DNA from: Candidatus Heimdallarchaeota archaeon | GTDB taxonomy: Archaea > Asgardarchaeota > Heimdallarchaeia > Hodarchaeales > Hodarchaeaceae | DNA: 31,320 bases | Reading direction: 5' to 3' | NCBI GenBank assembly: GCA_048881705.1 | Contig: JBHLSH010000039.1 | Span: forward strand, 1 to 31,320 | Shown: positions 10,654-18,647 of the stretch, piece by piece | Layout of the letters: each line of letters opens with the position of its first letter | How positions within the stretch are numbered: the stretch's first letter is position 1 | Notes under the pieces: model-generated | The model's input: only the letters and a program-made list of their open reading frames with translations | What the model was told of the DNA's origin: nothing | Databases searched by the model: none | Program-made: the position numbers and the translations under genes

Positions 10654-12507
10654 TTATGATGGAGTAAAAATTTCTTCTTTAATGATCTCTGGCTTCTTAC
10701 GTCTCTTCTGTGCAATGGTTCGAAGTACCCAAAAAATACCAAACAGGAACCCAGCGAAAAAAGTTATTGACTCGACGTACTTGAATATCGACATTGCGGA
10801 GGTCAGGATTCCCTGAACTAACCGGAAAGGCGCGTCCTGATATCCTATAAAACCAGGTGCTTCTTGTATTGTGTATAAATCAGATAGAATGTTGGTTACA
10901 ATCAGTGTGAAAGTGGTAGAAACTAGTAAAAAGAAGATCGATAATCGATCCTTCACTCTAGGCGTAATAATCGTGACAGAAAGGAATTTGAAGATGCCAG
11001 CCGTTATAAAGTATAACGGGACCAGTAGCAGAGGGATAAACTCGAAACTAGGTAGGATACTGGTCAACCACTCTGAAAGCGACAGGATTACCTCATTATA
11101 TATGTAAAAAAAGAATGGCGGCAGTCTAATATCAATTGGGAAGAGCAATAGGCGTTCTATCAATAGTTCAAGCGTCCCAGCCAAACTATTCCATAAGATT
11201 CCCAACCAGAAGAATAATAATACAAGATATTTCGAAAAAACAACAACCCTGGGAGGAGAACTGGCGATAATGTGCCCTGTTCGGGCAATTTCTACTCCAC
11301 GATACATTGCTGACGCAATAGCAAGTATTGCAAACCCTTCTGCAAAACCTACAATCATCGTTGCAATAACCGTAATGATAACAAAATCTAGTTGGATGAT
11401 ACTTAGAATATCCACTGCTCGAAGTGGCAAGCTGGATATAAAGGCTTGGATTAATTCTACTCCAACGAATGGAATGGCGCCGGCTTGAACCTGCTCAAAA
11501 ACATCCCAGCCAGACCATAGGATGACCGGCGCAAAATAGAGTACGCCGATAAGAGGAATAATTAGAAGGGCATTTACACTAGTAACGAAAGCAGTAAGTT
11601 TGATACTTCTCCACAATATTAAGAAAATGGTTTTCAAAAGCTGAAAAAACCACCAAAGAAATAGAGGGATGGTGAGAAGTGAAGCAATATTACCTACTAA
11701 CTTTACCTCCGGATTAGTTACGGATGTTGTCAAATACTGGGCATACGCGATGAATAGCGGGATTAACAGCCAGAAGAGTATCTTGTATAGAGTTCGTGTC
11801 TCCGTTTCTTCCTCTTGCGGGGTCTCCTCCTTTCTTATTCGGCTAGCTACCCTTCTTCTCCCCAAGGCCGTAAGAATCGCCAAAAAAACTATAACCGAAA
11901 AGGCAATGATGATTATAAAGAAGAAATCAAAGTAAATGTTCCTTATTGTTTGATAATATTCCCTAGGATCAGATAAGTCAGTTAGTCCTGGAATATCGGC
12001 ATTTATTCTCACCAAGATCCAAGTCATAGCCCATACTGGCAGCAGTTGCAAATAAGCTTCCTGTAAAAAGACATCAAGTAATAAATAACAGCAAGAACAA
12101 AAGGAAAGGGCCAAGGCCGCAAAAAGAAAGAATTTAGAAGACCTATACTCAATCCTCCCGGATTCAGGATCACGAAGTCCAAATTCCTCTGCCATATCCA
12201 CCAAAACGATCTTGGAAAAACCCAATAAAACAAGAAAGAAGCATATACTGGATAGTACCATCGCTACCAGAAAAGTAGGTTCTTGGGGGATCATGCGGAA
12301 ATCCAAAACTGCGAAGTTTTCAATGTCTCGCGAAGCGACCATTACTCCGACTATAAGGAGTGCCATAAACAAAAATCCCAATATTTTATAGAACTGTGTC
12401 TTCAGATACTCTTTCCAGGGGATTCTCGACGTTTTCTCGGGATTGCGAGATGTAGGTTCCTTTTCATCTTCAATAGTTGAGGACATCTGGATCAGTTTCC
12501 CCCTCAA
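10654..12507 (-). CDS. Uncharacterised polytopic membrane protein (roughly a dozen TM segments)
   Basis: 617-aa ORF dominated by hydrophobic helices with short charged loops; no family motif recognised. The true start may be the ATG at 12486. Confidence 0.8.
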   Translation of the reverse strand: MRGKLIQMSSTIEDEKEPTSRNPEKTSRIPWKEYLKTQFYKILGFLFMALLIVGVMVASRDIENFAVLDFRMIPQEPTFLVAMVLSSICFFLVLLGFSKIVLVDMAEEFGLRDPESGRIEYRSSKFFLFAALALSFCSCCYLLLDVFLQEAYLQLLPVWAMTWILVRINADIPGLTDLSDPREYYQTIRNIYFDFFFIIIIAFSVIVFLAILTALGRRRVASRIRKEETPQEEETETRTLYKILFWLLIPLFIAYAQYLTTSVTNPEVKLVGNIASLLTIPLFLWWFFQLLKTIFLILWRSIKLTAFVTSVNALLIIPLIGVLYFAPVILWSGWDVFEQVQAGAIPFVGVELIQAFISSLPLRAVDILSIIQLDFVIITVIATMIVGFAEGFAILAIASAMYRGVEIARTGHIIASSPPRVVVFSKYLVLLFFWLGILWNSLAGTLELLIERLLLFPIDIRLPPFFFYIYNEVILSLSEWLTSILPSFEFIPLLLVPLYFITAGIFKFLSVTIITPRVKDRLSIFFLLVSTTFTLIVTNILSDLYTIQEAPGFIGYQDAPFRLVQGILTSAMSIFKYVESITFFAGFLFGIFWVLRTIAQKRRKKPEIIKEEIFTPS

Positions 12508-12559
12508 TAACCTCCATAAAAAACATAGGTAATAATTGAGGCGAATTCGTAAAAAGAAG

Positions 12560-12577
12560 GTCTTAAAGGGTTAAGAC
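12560..12577. promoter_or_regulatory. Perfect 7-bp inverted repeat GTCTTAA-aggg-TTAAGAC in the divergent promoter region
   Basis: Read directly. Centred in the ~110-nt gap between the divergent 617-aa membrane gene and GTPase 1. Function is inferred. Confidence 0.35.
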
Positions 12578-12618
12578 TATAACGCTCCTCAATAATTGCT
12601 GATGGTTTTAACTTTCAA

Positions 12619-13203
12619 ATGATGACTGGAGAGAAAATTATGAGTGAACTAGCAAAGCGGAGCCCGAGCTATCATCTAAAGATCATTGTTTGCGGATCAG
12701 GTGCCGTTGGTAAAACCAGTATCATCCATCGGTACGTACATGATCGGTTTGAACACAATTACCTTCTCACGGTTGGCGTAGAACCATCAAATCGGCTATT
12801 AGAGATCAATGGAAAGAGCGGGCCCAAACTAGTTAATCTCTTGATCTACGATGTAGCTGGCCAGAAACAGTTTCAGACTTTAAGGGATATATTTTTTAGA
12901 AAGGCGCACGCCGCCTTGTTAGTATTTGATCTTACTCGCCCTGAAACTCTGGAAGACCTTTATGATTGGAAGGAGCAGATTGACAATCGACTAGGAGAGG
13001 ATCAAATCCCACTTATTCTGTGCGGTAATAAATCAGATTTGGAAGATTCTATCGATATAGATTATGGGAAGCTCGAGGATGAGATAATTCCTGATCTTTC
13101 CCCGATAAAATATTTGGAAACATCTGCCCTGGCAGATATAAACATCCGTAAAGCGTTTAAAATCCTTACTTCTGAGATCTTAAGAAGAAAAAACATTCTT
13201 TAG
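12619..13203 (+). CDS. Rab/Ras-like small GTPase 1
   Basis: G1 GSGAVGKTS, G2 YLLTVGVE, G3 YDVAGQ, G4 GNKSD, G5 ETSAL. No C-terminal Cys prenylation motif. The start could be the ATG at 12640. Confidence 0.93.
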   Translation: MMTGEKIMSELAKRSPSYHLKIIVCGSGAVGKTSIIHRYVHDRFEHNYLLTVGVEPSNRLLEINGKSGPKLVNLLIYDVAGQKQFQTLRDIFFRKAHAALLVFDLTRPETLEDLYDWKEQIDNRLGEDQIPLILCGNKSDLEDSIDIDYGKLEDEIIPDLSPIKYLETSALADINIRKAFKILTSEILRRKNIL

Positions 13204-14003
13204 ATTTTTGCTGTCCAGAAAAAGCCACCAGATGTGTGAGTAGTATCTACACCTGCGATAGAATCCTCTTGAAAGGTTCGGGACAATTCAATGAGACTGG
13301 AACGGTGGCAAGGATGTTTCCACTCGATTTTAAGCTTTGAACCGTAAACTTCGATGGGTATTCCAACATCACACACGTATAAGTCTCCTATACTTTCAGG
13401 TGCCGCTCTTAGCAATCCAGATTTGACAAAGCCAATAGTTAACGTAATATTGGGATAAACCTGTCCGTAATCATCACCTGTTGTTACATCAAGACCAGAG
13501 GGGGCATCCAAAGAAATGACATTGGGACAACCCTTCAAATACCCAAAAACCTCTTCGGATAAGCTATCTTTACGGGATTTAAACCCATATCCAATGTAAC
13601 AATCAAGAGTGACTGAATGCGGTTGAGGGTCAGGAATTTCAGGCGGGAGAAATTCGTGAATCGGGATTCCGATTTTTTTCGCACGTTTTGCCTGAACCAA
13701 AGGGATAGAACCCAGAGCAGATATACCGTTTGGCAAAAAAACTACTGTTGGTATCCCCCAAGCGAACAGTCTACGCGCTGCAACCAAACCTCCCCCTCCA
13801 TTATTGCCCGAACCAGCTATGATACTTACAAGAGAATTTTTTTTATTTATATAACCTACTTCGGCGGCGAGCCTGGCCAAACTAATTCCGGCATTCTCCA
13901 TCATAAGTTCTACCCCTATGCCAAATTCCTCAGTCATTATTCTGTCAACTTCAACCATCTGACTCTTAGAAATTCCAGGTAACAATTTCGGGTCATTCCT
14001 CAA
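13200..14003 (-). CDS. nnrE: NAD(P)H-hydrate epimerase (YjeF-N), stand-alone
   Basis: VDRIM...LMMENAG, GSGNNGGGGLVAARRL, DCYIGYG, VISLDAPSGLD, ITLTIG, GDLYVCDVGIP. Its stop overlaps the GTPase 1 stop by 4 nt (convergent). Confidence 0.88.
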   Translation of the reverse strand: MRNDPKLLPGISKSQMVEVDRIMTEEFGIGVELMMENAGISLARLAAEVGYINKKNSLVSIIAGSGNNGGGGLVAARRLFAWGIPTVVFLPNGISALGSIPLVQAKRAKKIGIPIHEFLPPEIPDPQPHSVTLDCYIGYGFKSRKDSLSEEVFGYLKGCPNVISLDAPSGLDVTTGDDYGQVYPNITLTIGFVKSGLLRAAPESIGDLYVCDVGIPIEVYGSKLKIEWKHPCHRSSLIELSRTFQEDSIAGVDTTHTSGGFFWTAKI

Positions 14004-14122
14004 CGTTAGTTGGATAAAATCTGCTAAATGATCTTGGGCAGCCTAATTGCCCATTCATCAACCCTAAAGGAAAATCTCCTATTGACAAAAGAACTATAAA
14101 TTATAGAATTTGAAGACGTGCC

Positions 14123-14560
14123 CTACCCAAATAACTTTTTAGCTCGTTCTGCAGGGCGTAATTTAAGATCCTCAAACTCTTTTTTTATGAAATCCTTAAA
14201 TTCCATCGCGGCTTCTGAGTTCCCTATATCGGGATCATCCAAAGAAAAAAAACTTTCTCGAACTCTTCTGAGAATATTGGCTAGACGATCTTGGATCGCC
14301 TTTTCTCCTTTCTTGCGTTCACAAATAACATAAACCGAACATTCCTCCTCACTCATTAGCTCAGTTTTTGCGAAATATATCGAGAATTTCTCTAAGGTAA
14401 AATCCCTAATATCATCAGAAAACGCCGTTTTGACGAATTGCTGCAGAGCCGTTAAAAAACCTGCAGTCATGATTGGATCACCCGATACCCCTGGACGGAA
14501 ATCAATGTGAATCACCGGGAGCCCAGCTCTGGAAATCACACCAACTTCATAAACGGCCAT
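14123..14560 (-). CDS. Stand-alone longin-domain protein
   Basis: 145 aa with longin order beta-beta-alpha-beta-beta-beta-alpha-alpha: VYEVGVISRAGLPVIHIDF / DPIMTAGFLTALQQFVKTAF / IRDFTLEKFSIYF / CSVYVICE / IQDRLANILRRV / EFKDFIKKEF. Confidence 0.75.
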   Translation of the reverse strand: MAVYEVGVISRAGLPVIHIDFRPGVSGDPIMTAGFLTALQQFVKTAFSDDIRDFTLEKFSIYFAKTELMSEEECSVYVICERKKGEKAIQDRLANILRRVRESFFSLDDPDIGNSEAAMEFKDFIKKEFEDLKLRPAERAKKLFG

Positions 14561-14964
14561 TTTTGCTTACCCCTAAGCTTGAATTACGAAACTGGTAACA
14601 TCGTTAAATAGGTGTTTGAGTTGGGTTTTCAGGAAAAGGAGACCTTTTAAGATATATCTATTAACAAGGACTGTTTCTAATCCAACCGTCTCTAGAAACT
14701 TTCTCTAGAATCTCTCTGGTCGATCCCAAAGATCTCGGACGGCAATTCCATTCTCCCGGGGAGAAATTCTTTGGCATTTTGATCTCGACCTGCATGAGAA
14801 CTTGCCCAAACACCCATTAAAATGTCTAGTATATCTTCTGAGGGCGTCACGGCGTAAAGAATTGTCGACCAGGGCTTTATTACATCGGGTATTGCCTGGA
14901 AACTTGCCTAAATAAGCAAAACATGGGTTTTTTCAAACTTAATTATGTATCTGAATTCATTCCG

Positions 14965-15831
14965 TCACTTCATGGGTTCATAAGTCACCAGAAGAACTCC
15001 TAAGGCGCATACAATACCACCAATAAATGCAAAAAAAGAAAATTCCCCAAGGAAAAGCCAACCAAGTATGAGGGAGACAATGGGTACAAGAAATTGAATA
15101 TTACCTGCGGTGATGGTACCGTATCGTTGGATAAGACTAAGATAAAGGGTGAATGCAATAGCCGCGGCGCCAACCCCGACCACTATAATTCCCCATATAC
15201 TCAGAACAGTAAATTTCTCCATAGGTGGCCAAGGCTCAGTACCCAAGCTAATCACAAGGAGTATTAGGGAGGCCAGGCCCAGATTCATGGAAGTAATTTC
15301 TGATTCGTTGCCTTTCCATTCAATAAAAAAACGACGCAATGATAAAGAATATCCAGCCCACGCCACTCCTGATACAAAACCTAAGCCATTCCCTATCAAA
15401 AAGGTTTCACTCAATACCAACACCGAATCTTCAAAAGATGCCAAGAGAACTAGAAATAACCCTATCGTGGCAATTAAGACCCCTGTACTTCTTTTTCGGG
15501 AATAAACCTCATCAGTGATAAATGGCGCAGCTAAATAGATTAACGCTGGATTGAAATTTAATAAAATTGAGCTAGAGGTTCCTAAAATGTAATGAACAGA
15601 GAAATTTTGACCAAATGCCATCAGAATAAGCCACGAGGAGCAAATGATTAGGGAATTTTTCTTATGCTTAAATATTTGGAGAACCGTCCCTCCTCTCCCG
15701 TTAAGGGCGATAATGATGGATAAAGAGAAAAATGCTGTAAAATATCGTATGAATCCGAAAAAAAAACCAGAAAATGTACCAGAACCTACCAAAAGTTTGG
15801 ATACCAAGGGGGGGGTTCCCCATAATATCAC
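14965..15831 (-). CDS. DMT/EamA-family drug/metabolite transporter
   Basis: 288 aa, ~10 TMs in two repeats. SSSILLNFNPALIYLAAPF, GNGLGFVSGVAWAGYSL, AIAFTLYLSLIQRYG, FLVPIVSLILGWLFLGE. Confidence 0.9.
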   Translation of the reverse strand: MILWGTPPLVSKLLVGSGTFSGFFFGFIRYFTAFFSLSIIIALNGRGGTVLQIFKHKKNSLIICSSWLILMAFGQNFSVHYILGTSSSILLNFNPALIYLAAPFITDEVYSRKRSTGVLIATIGLFLVLLASFEDSVLVLSETFLIGNGLGFVSGVAWAGYSLSLRRFFIEWKGNESEITSMNLGLASLILLVISLGTEPWPPMEKFTVLSIWGIIVVGVGAAAIAFTLYLSLIQRYGTITAGNIQFLVPIVSLILGWLFLGEFSFFAFIGGIVCALGVLLVTYEPMK

Positions 15832-16036
15832 TATGATGGCCGCTTTTATCTGAAAGTCGTAACGATCGTAAAATGTAGATATCGTCAGAGTAAATCACAT
15901 TAGTAAGTTCTACGTTAAAATAAATATTGAATACGAGAGAAAATCAGTGTTTGCGAGAAATACTATATACATAACTGTTTTTAATATAAACCTCAGCTAA
16001 ATAACCAATCTTCCCATTCTCCTAGAGGATTCCAAT

Positions 16037-16528
16037 ATGGTATCAAGAGAAAAAAATAACCCAAATTGGAACAGTCAAGATGATAACTTTCGTAAGCACA
16101 AGTATTTTCTTAAGGAGTGGTTTTCTGGTCTGTTAGAAGGAATTAAAGAACTCGATGATGAAACCTGGCCCAAGATCCTAGAATTGACGGGTAGAGCCTG
16201 TGCACGAGTTCACGCGGTTGAACTATTTCGTGAAACTTGGAAAGGCTCGAAAAACCTTGATGAATTCTTGGTTAATATCAACGCTGCACTGGGCGAGAAA
16301 GTTTTCTCCCGAATTGATCAGCACCAAATCAGTGCAACCTATAAGAGTTGCTCTTGTCCTCTAGTTACTCTTGGGCTCGTAGATTCACCGATATTGTGTA
16401 ATTGCTCTCCTAGTTGGTTAATTGAGAATTTCGAATCCGTCCTAGATACTCGAATTGATGTTTCGACGGAAGAGACGATTTTACAGGGATCTGATAAGTG
16501 TCGGTTTGTTCTAACCATGGAATCCTGA
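16037..16528 (+). CDS. Cys-rich small soluble protein, V4R/ATC-hydrolase-like fold (possibly DUF6144-like)
   Basis: 163 aa. GRACA, CSCP, CNCS.SW and TILQGSDKCRF (V4R-type C-terminal G...C.F). Divergent from the EamA gene. Confidence 0.65.
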   Translation: MVSREKNNPNWNSQDDNFRKHKYFLKEWFSGLLEGIKELDDETWPKILELTGRACARVHAVELFRETWKGSKNLDEFLVNINAALGEKVFSRIDQHQISATYKSCSCPLVTLGLVDSPILCNCSPSWLIENFESVLDTRIDVSTEETILQGSDKCRFVLTMES

Positions 16529-16660
16529 TCCTGATAGTTTTTCCCTCTGTTTGATTTCGGAATTTCACTTCAAATCAGGTCATCATCTTGACCAATTTAT
16601 GAATTCTGTATCCATTGCATTCTTCCTTAGTAAATAGCTGTTTTTTTCGCTAGCGAAGGG

Positions 16661-16668
16661 TTTAAATA
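16661..16668 (+). promoter_or_regulatory. Candidate archaeal TATA box TTTAAATA preceded by purine-rich GCGAAGGG
   Basis: Sits inside a 400-nt gap between convergent genes, ~30 nt before a small hydrophobic ORF. Confidence 0.35.
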
Positions 16669-16698
16669 GGTGATTTTCTCAGCATTACACGGAAAAAG

Positions 16699-16806
16699 GT
16701 GCAAATAGGGAAAAACATACATAAGTTTATGGACATCCTGTTTACGTATGGAACCGGGCTAATTTTCTTTGGGGGAATAATCTTCTTGCTTATGCTTTTC
16801 AGTTAG
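16699..16806 (+). CDS. Candidate small single-pass membrane peptide (35 aa from GTG 16699 or 25 aa from ATG 16729)
   Basis: MQIGKNIHKFMDILFTYGTGLIFFGGIIFLLMLFS*: basic N-terminus plus ~20 hydrophobic residues. Below the ORF-track cutoff. Confidence 0.35.
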   Translation: MQIGKNIHKFMDILFTYGTGLIFFGGIIFLLMLFS

Positions 16807-16927
16807 CAAGATCGACCTTAATAGTCCCCTTGCCTATCAATCCAAGCAAAATTACCAAAGATGACAAACCTGCTTTTGAAAGGGCTATAGGATTGGTAGC
16901 AGGTGATTGAGAAAAATTCACGGGGCA

Positions 16928-17710
16928 TTATAGGATAAGACCACGGATTTCGCTTGCTTGCTTTCCTACACGTTGAACAGTGGTTTCTGGAGGTATCTCT
17001 GGGTTCGCATCTACCAAAAGCAGGAGTCCCTCGCCTAGGATGTAAACTACAATGTTCGCTACTCCTGATGCCGCTAGAAAGAAAACGGGTTTCTCTAGAT
17101 GCGCCGCAAAGGCACCTCTTATTGCACGCACTGCTGCAGGCAATATATTGACATCCATACGATTCACAATGACGGCCCCTGTAAAAGAAGAAATACATAC
17201 TCCACGAACTGCATCATCGTTCTCAACCCATGACACGAGGCTGTCATCAACGATCCGCTTCATTGACTCACTCATGTACCTGGATTCACCTGTTACAACG
17301 GTTTGAATGGTTTCATCAAAGTCATCTTTTTCTACAACGGAAAGTCGAGGGTTCTTTAGAGCGAGTTTATCAGCAAAATTCCCTAAAAAAAGTGTCATTA
17401 GGGTTCTCAGTTTGAATTCGATATCCAGTAAAGATGCTGAAGCTGATGCAATCAGGGAAAACAAAGCTTCCTCGCGATGAATACCGGCAATTCGCATTGA
17501 TGCGAAGTCTATATGGAAAATCTGTCCAGCTGAAATAGCTTCATCATCCAGTTTCTGCGAAATATTATATGCGGAGAGAAGAAGAGAGCGAATATCTTCT
17601 GGAGGAATCCCGTGGACATCTTTTCTAAAATCTTTCGAGAGTAGGAGCCTGCCCTTTTGATTAAAAACAAGGAAAGAGATGAATGTCTCCAACTCATCGA
17701 ATGAAACCAT
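16928..17710 (-). CDS. Longin-roadblock/LC7 fusion protein
   Basis: N-half FISFLVFNQKGRLLLSKDF...IFHIDF.SMRIAGIH...LFSLIAS...FDETIQTVV is longin (TRAPP/sigma-adaptin-like). C-half VRGVCISSFTGAVIV...NIVVYILGEGLLLLVDA...ETTVQRVGKQASEI is roadblock/MglB-like. GAGGTGA SD lies 8 nt before ATG 17710; the track start is GTG 17722. Confidence 0.7.
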   Translation of the reverse strand: MVSFDELETFISFLVFNQKGRLLLSKDFRKDVHGIPPEDIRSLLLSAYNISQKLDDEAISAGQIFHIDFASMRIAGIHREEALFSLIASASASLLDIEFKLRTLMTLFLGNFADKLALKNPRLSVVEKDDFDETIQTVVTGESRYMSESMKRIVDDSLVSWVENDDAVRGVCISSFTGAVIVNRMDVNILPAAVRAIRGAFAAHLEKPVFFLAASGVANIVVYILGEGLLLLVDANPEIPPETTVQRVGKQASEIRGLIL

Positions 17711-17714
17711 AAAC

Positions 17715-18266
17715 TCAGTCACCTCTTAGAATAGCTTCTCCCATAACAGTGAAGGCCTCCTGAACCTTGGCTCCAGTTTTCGCCGATGTTGTGAAGAATT
17801 CCTGTGCTTGAAAGTGTTCAATTATATCCTCTCGGCTGGAAGGTAGTTTTCCTTTTGCCAAATCATCTTTGTTTCCTATAACTATGATTTTTGCTGACGG
17901 ACTTTGTTCTTGAACATCCTTTCGCCAACGCTCTAGTTTTGTGTAGGTTTCGTCAATGCGTGTGAGATCAAAAACCAAAAACACGCCTTGGGCCTTCTTT
18001 AGGTATAGATGACGGAAATTAGTAAATCCTGACTGACCGGCCACATCCCAGATCTGAAAGGACAATTCTCGATCCTCTCCAGTTTTCGGATCCTGAAGAA
18101 TCACGGTTTTTGAGAGGAAATCCACTCCCAAAGTAATTTGGTAGCCCTCTTTGAAGAAATCATCAACGTACCTTTTTATTAAACTTGTTTTTCCAACTTC
18201 GGGTTCCCCTACCAAAAGCAATTTAAAACTATATTTTGGGGTTTTACCTTTCTTACTCTTTGCCAA
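17715..18266 (-). CDS. Rab-like small GTPase 2
   Basis: G1 GEPEVGKTS, G2 YQITLGVDF, G3 WDVAGQ, G4 GNKDD, G5 TSAK. Likely start is TTG 18266 (GGAG upstream); the track gives ATG 18329. No prenylation Cys. Confidence 0.93.
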   Translation of the reverse strand: MAKSKKGKTPKYSFKLLLVGEPEVGKTSLIKRYVDDFFKEGYQITLGVDFLSKTVILQDPKTGEDRELSFQIWDVAGQSGFTNFRHLYLKKAQGVFLVFDLTRIDETYTKLERWRKDVQEQSPSAKIIVIGNKDDLAKGKLPSSREDIIEHFQAQEFFTTSAKTGAKVQEAFTVMGEAILRGD

Positions 18267-18472
18267 CTTAGTTGCTCCTGTATGACCTCTGCGTTTAGAT
18301 AGAATGATGTTTAGACAATGTCCAGTCATTGAGGATGCGTTTATGACGCTAAACCCTTGCGGAGTCTTAATTACCTTCGTGATAAACGGTTTTTAAGTTT
18401 TACTACGTAATTTGCCAAGTCGCAGCATTGAAGCTTTCGTACTAATCATTCGGATTGATTCCGGATCTATTG

Positions 18473-18493
18473 ATTCCATTGGTTCAATGGAAT
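18473..18493. repeat. Perfect 9-bp inverted repeat ATTCCATTG-gtt-CAATGGAAT, overlapped by a direct repeat ATTGATTCC x2 (18454, 18469)
   Basis: Read directly in the divergent intergenic region between GTPase 2 and the 868-aa gene. Confidence 0.5.
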
Positions 18494-18647
18494 TGGAATA
18501 CAATACCCTCCAATTTTGCAAATCAGCAAATCCCAATGTGCAAGACGGACATTTGCGGAAAATTGTATTCAAAAATGCTTAAATAAGTTCCAAAGGACAG
18601 AAAATATTATTGGACATGTCTGCTTTTTATTTCGGTGAATGTAGTAA

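Noticed and set aside
13786-13812. NnrE motif reads GNNGGGG instead of GNNGGDG
   Set aside because: I recall this variant in other NnrE homologues and the remaining motifs are intact, so it is not evidence of a pseudo-enzyme.
18393-18572. 59-aa minus-strand ORF upstream of GTPase 2 (MNTIFRKCPSCTLG...) with one CxxC
   Set aside because: TTG start without an SD, only half of a zinc-ribbon motif, and it overlaps probable promoter elements. Not supportable without homologues.
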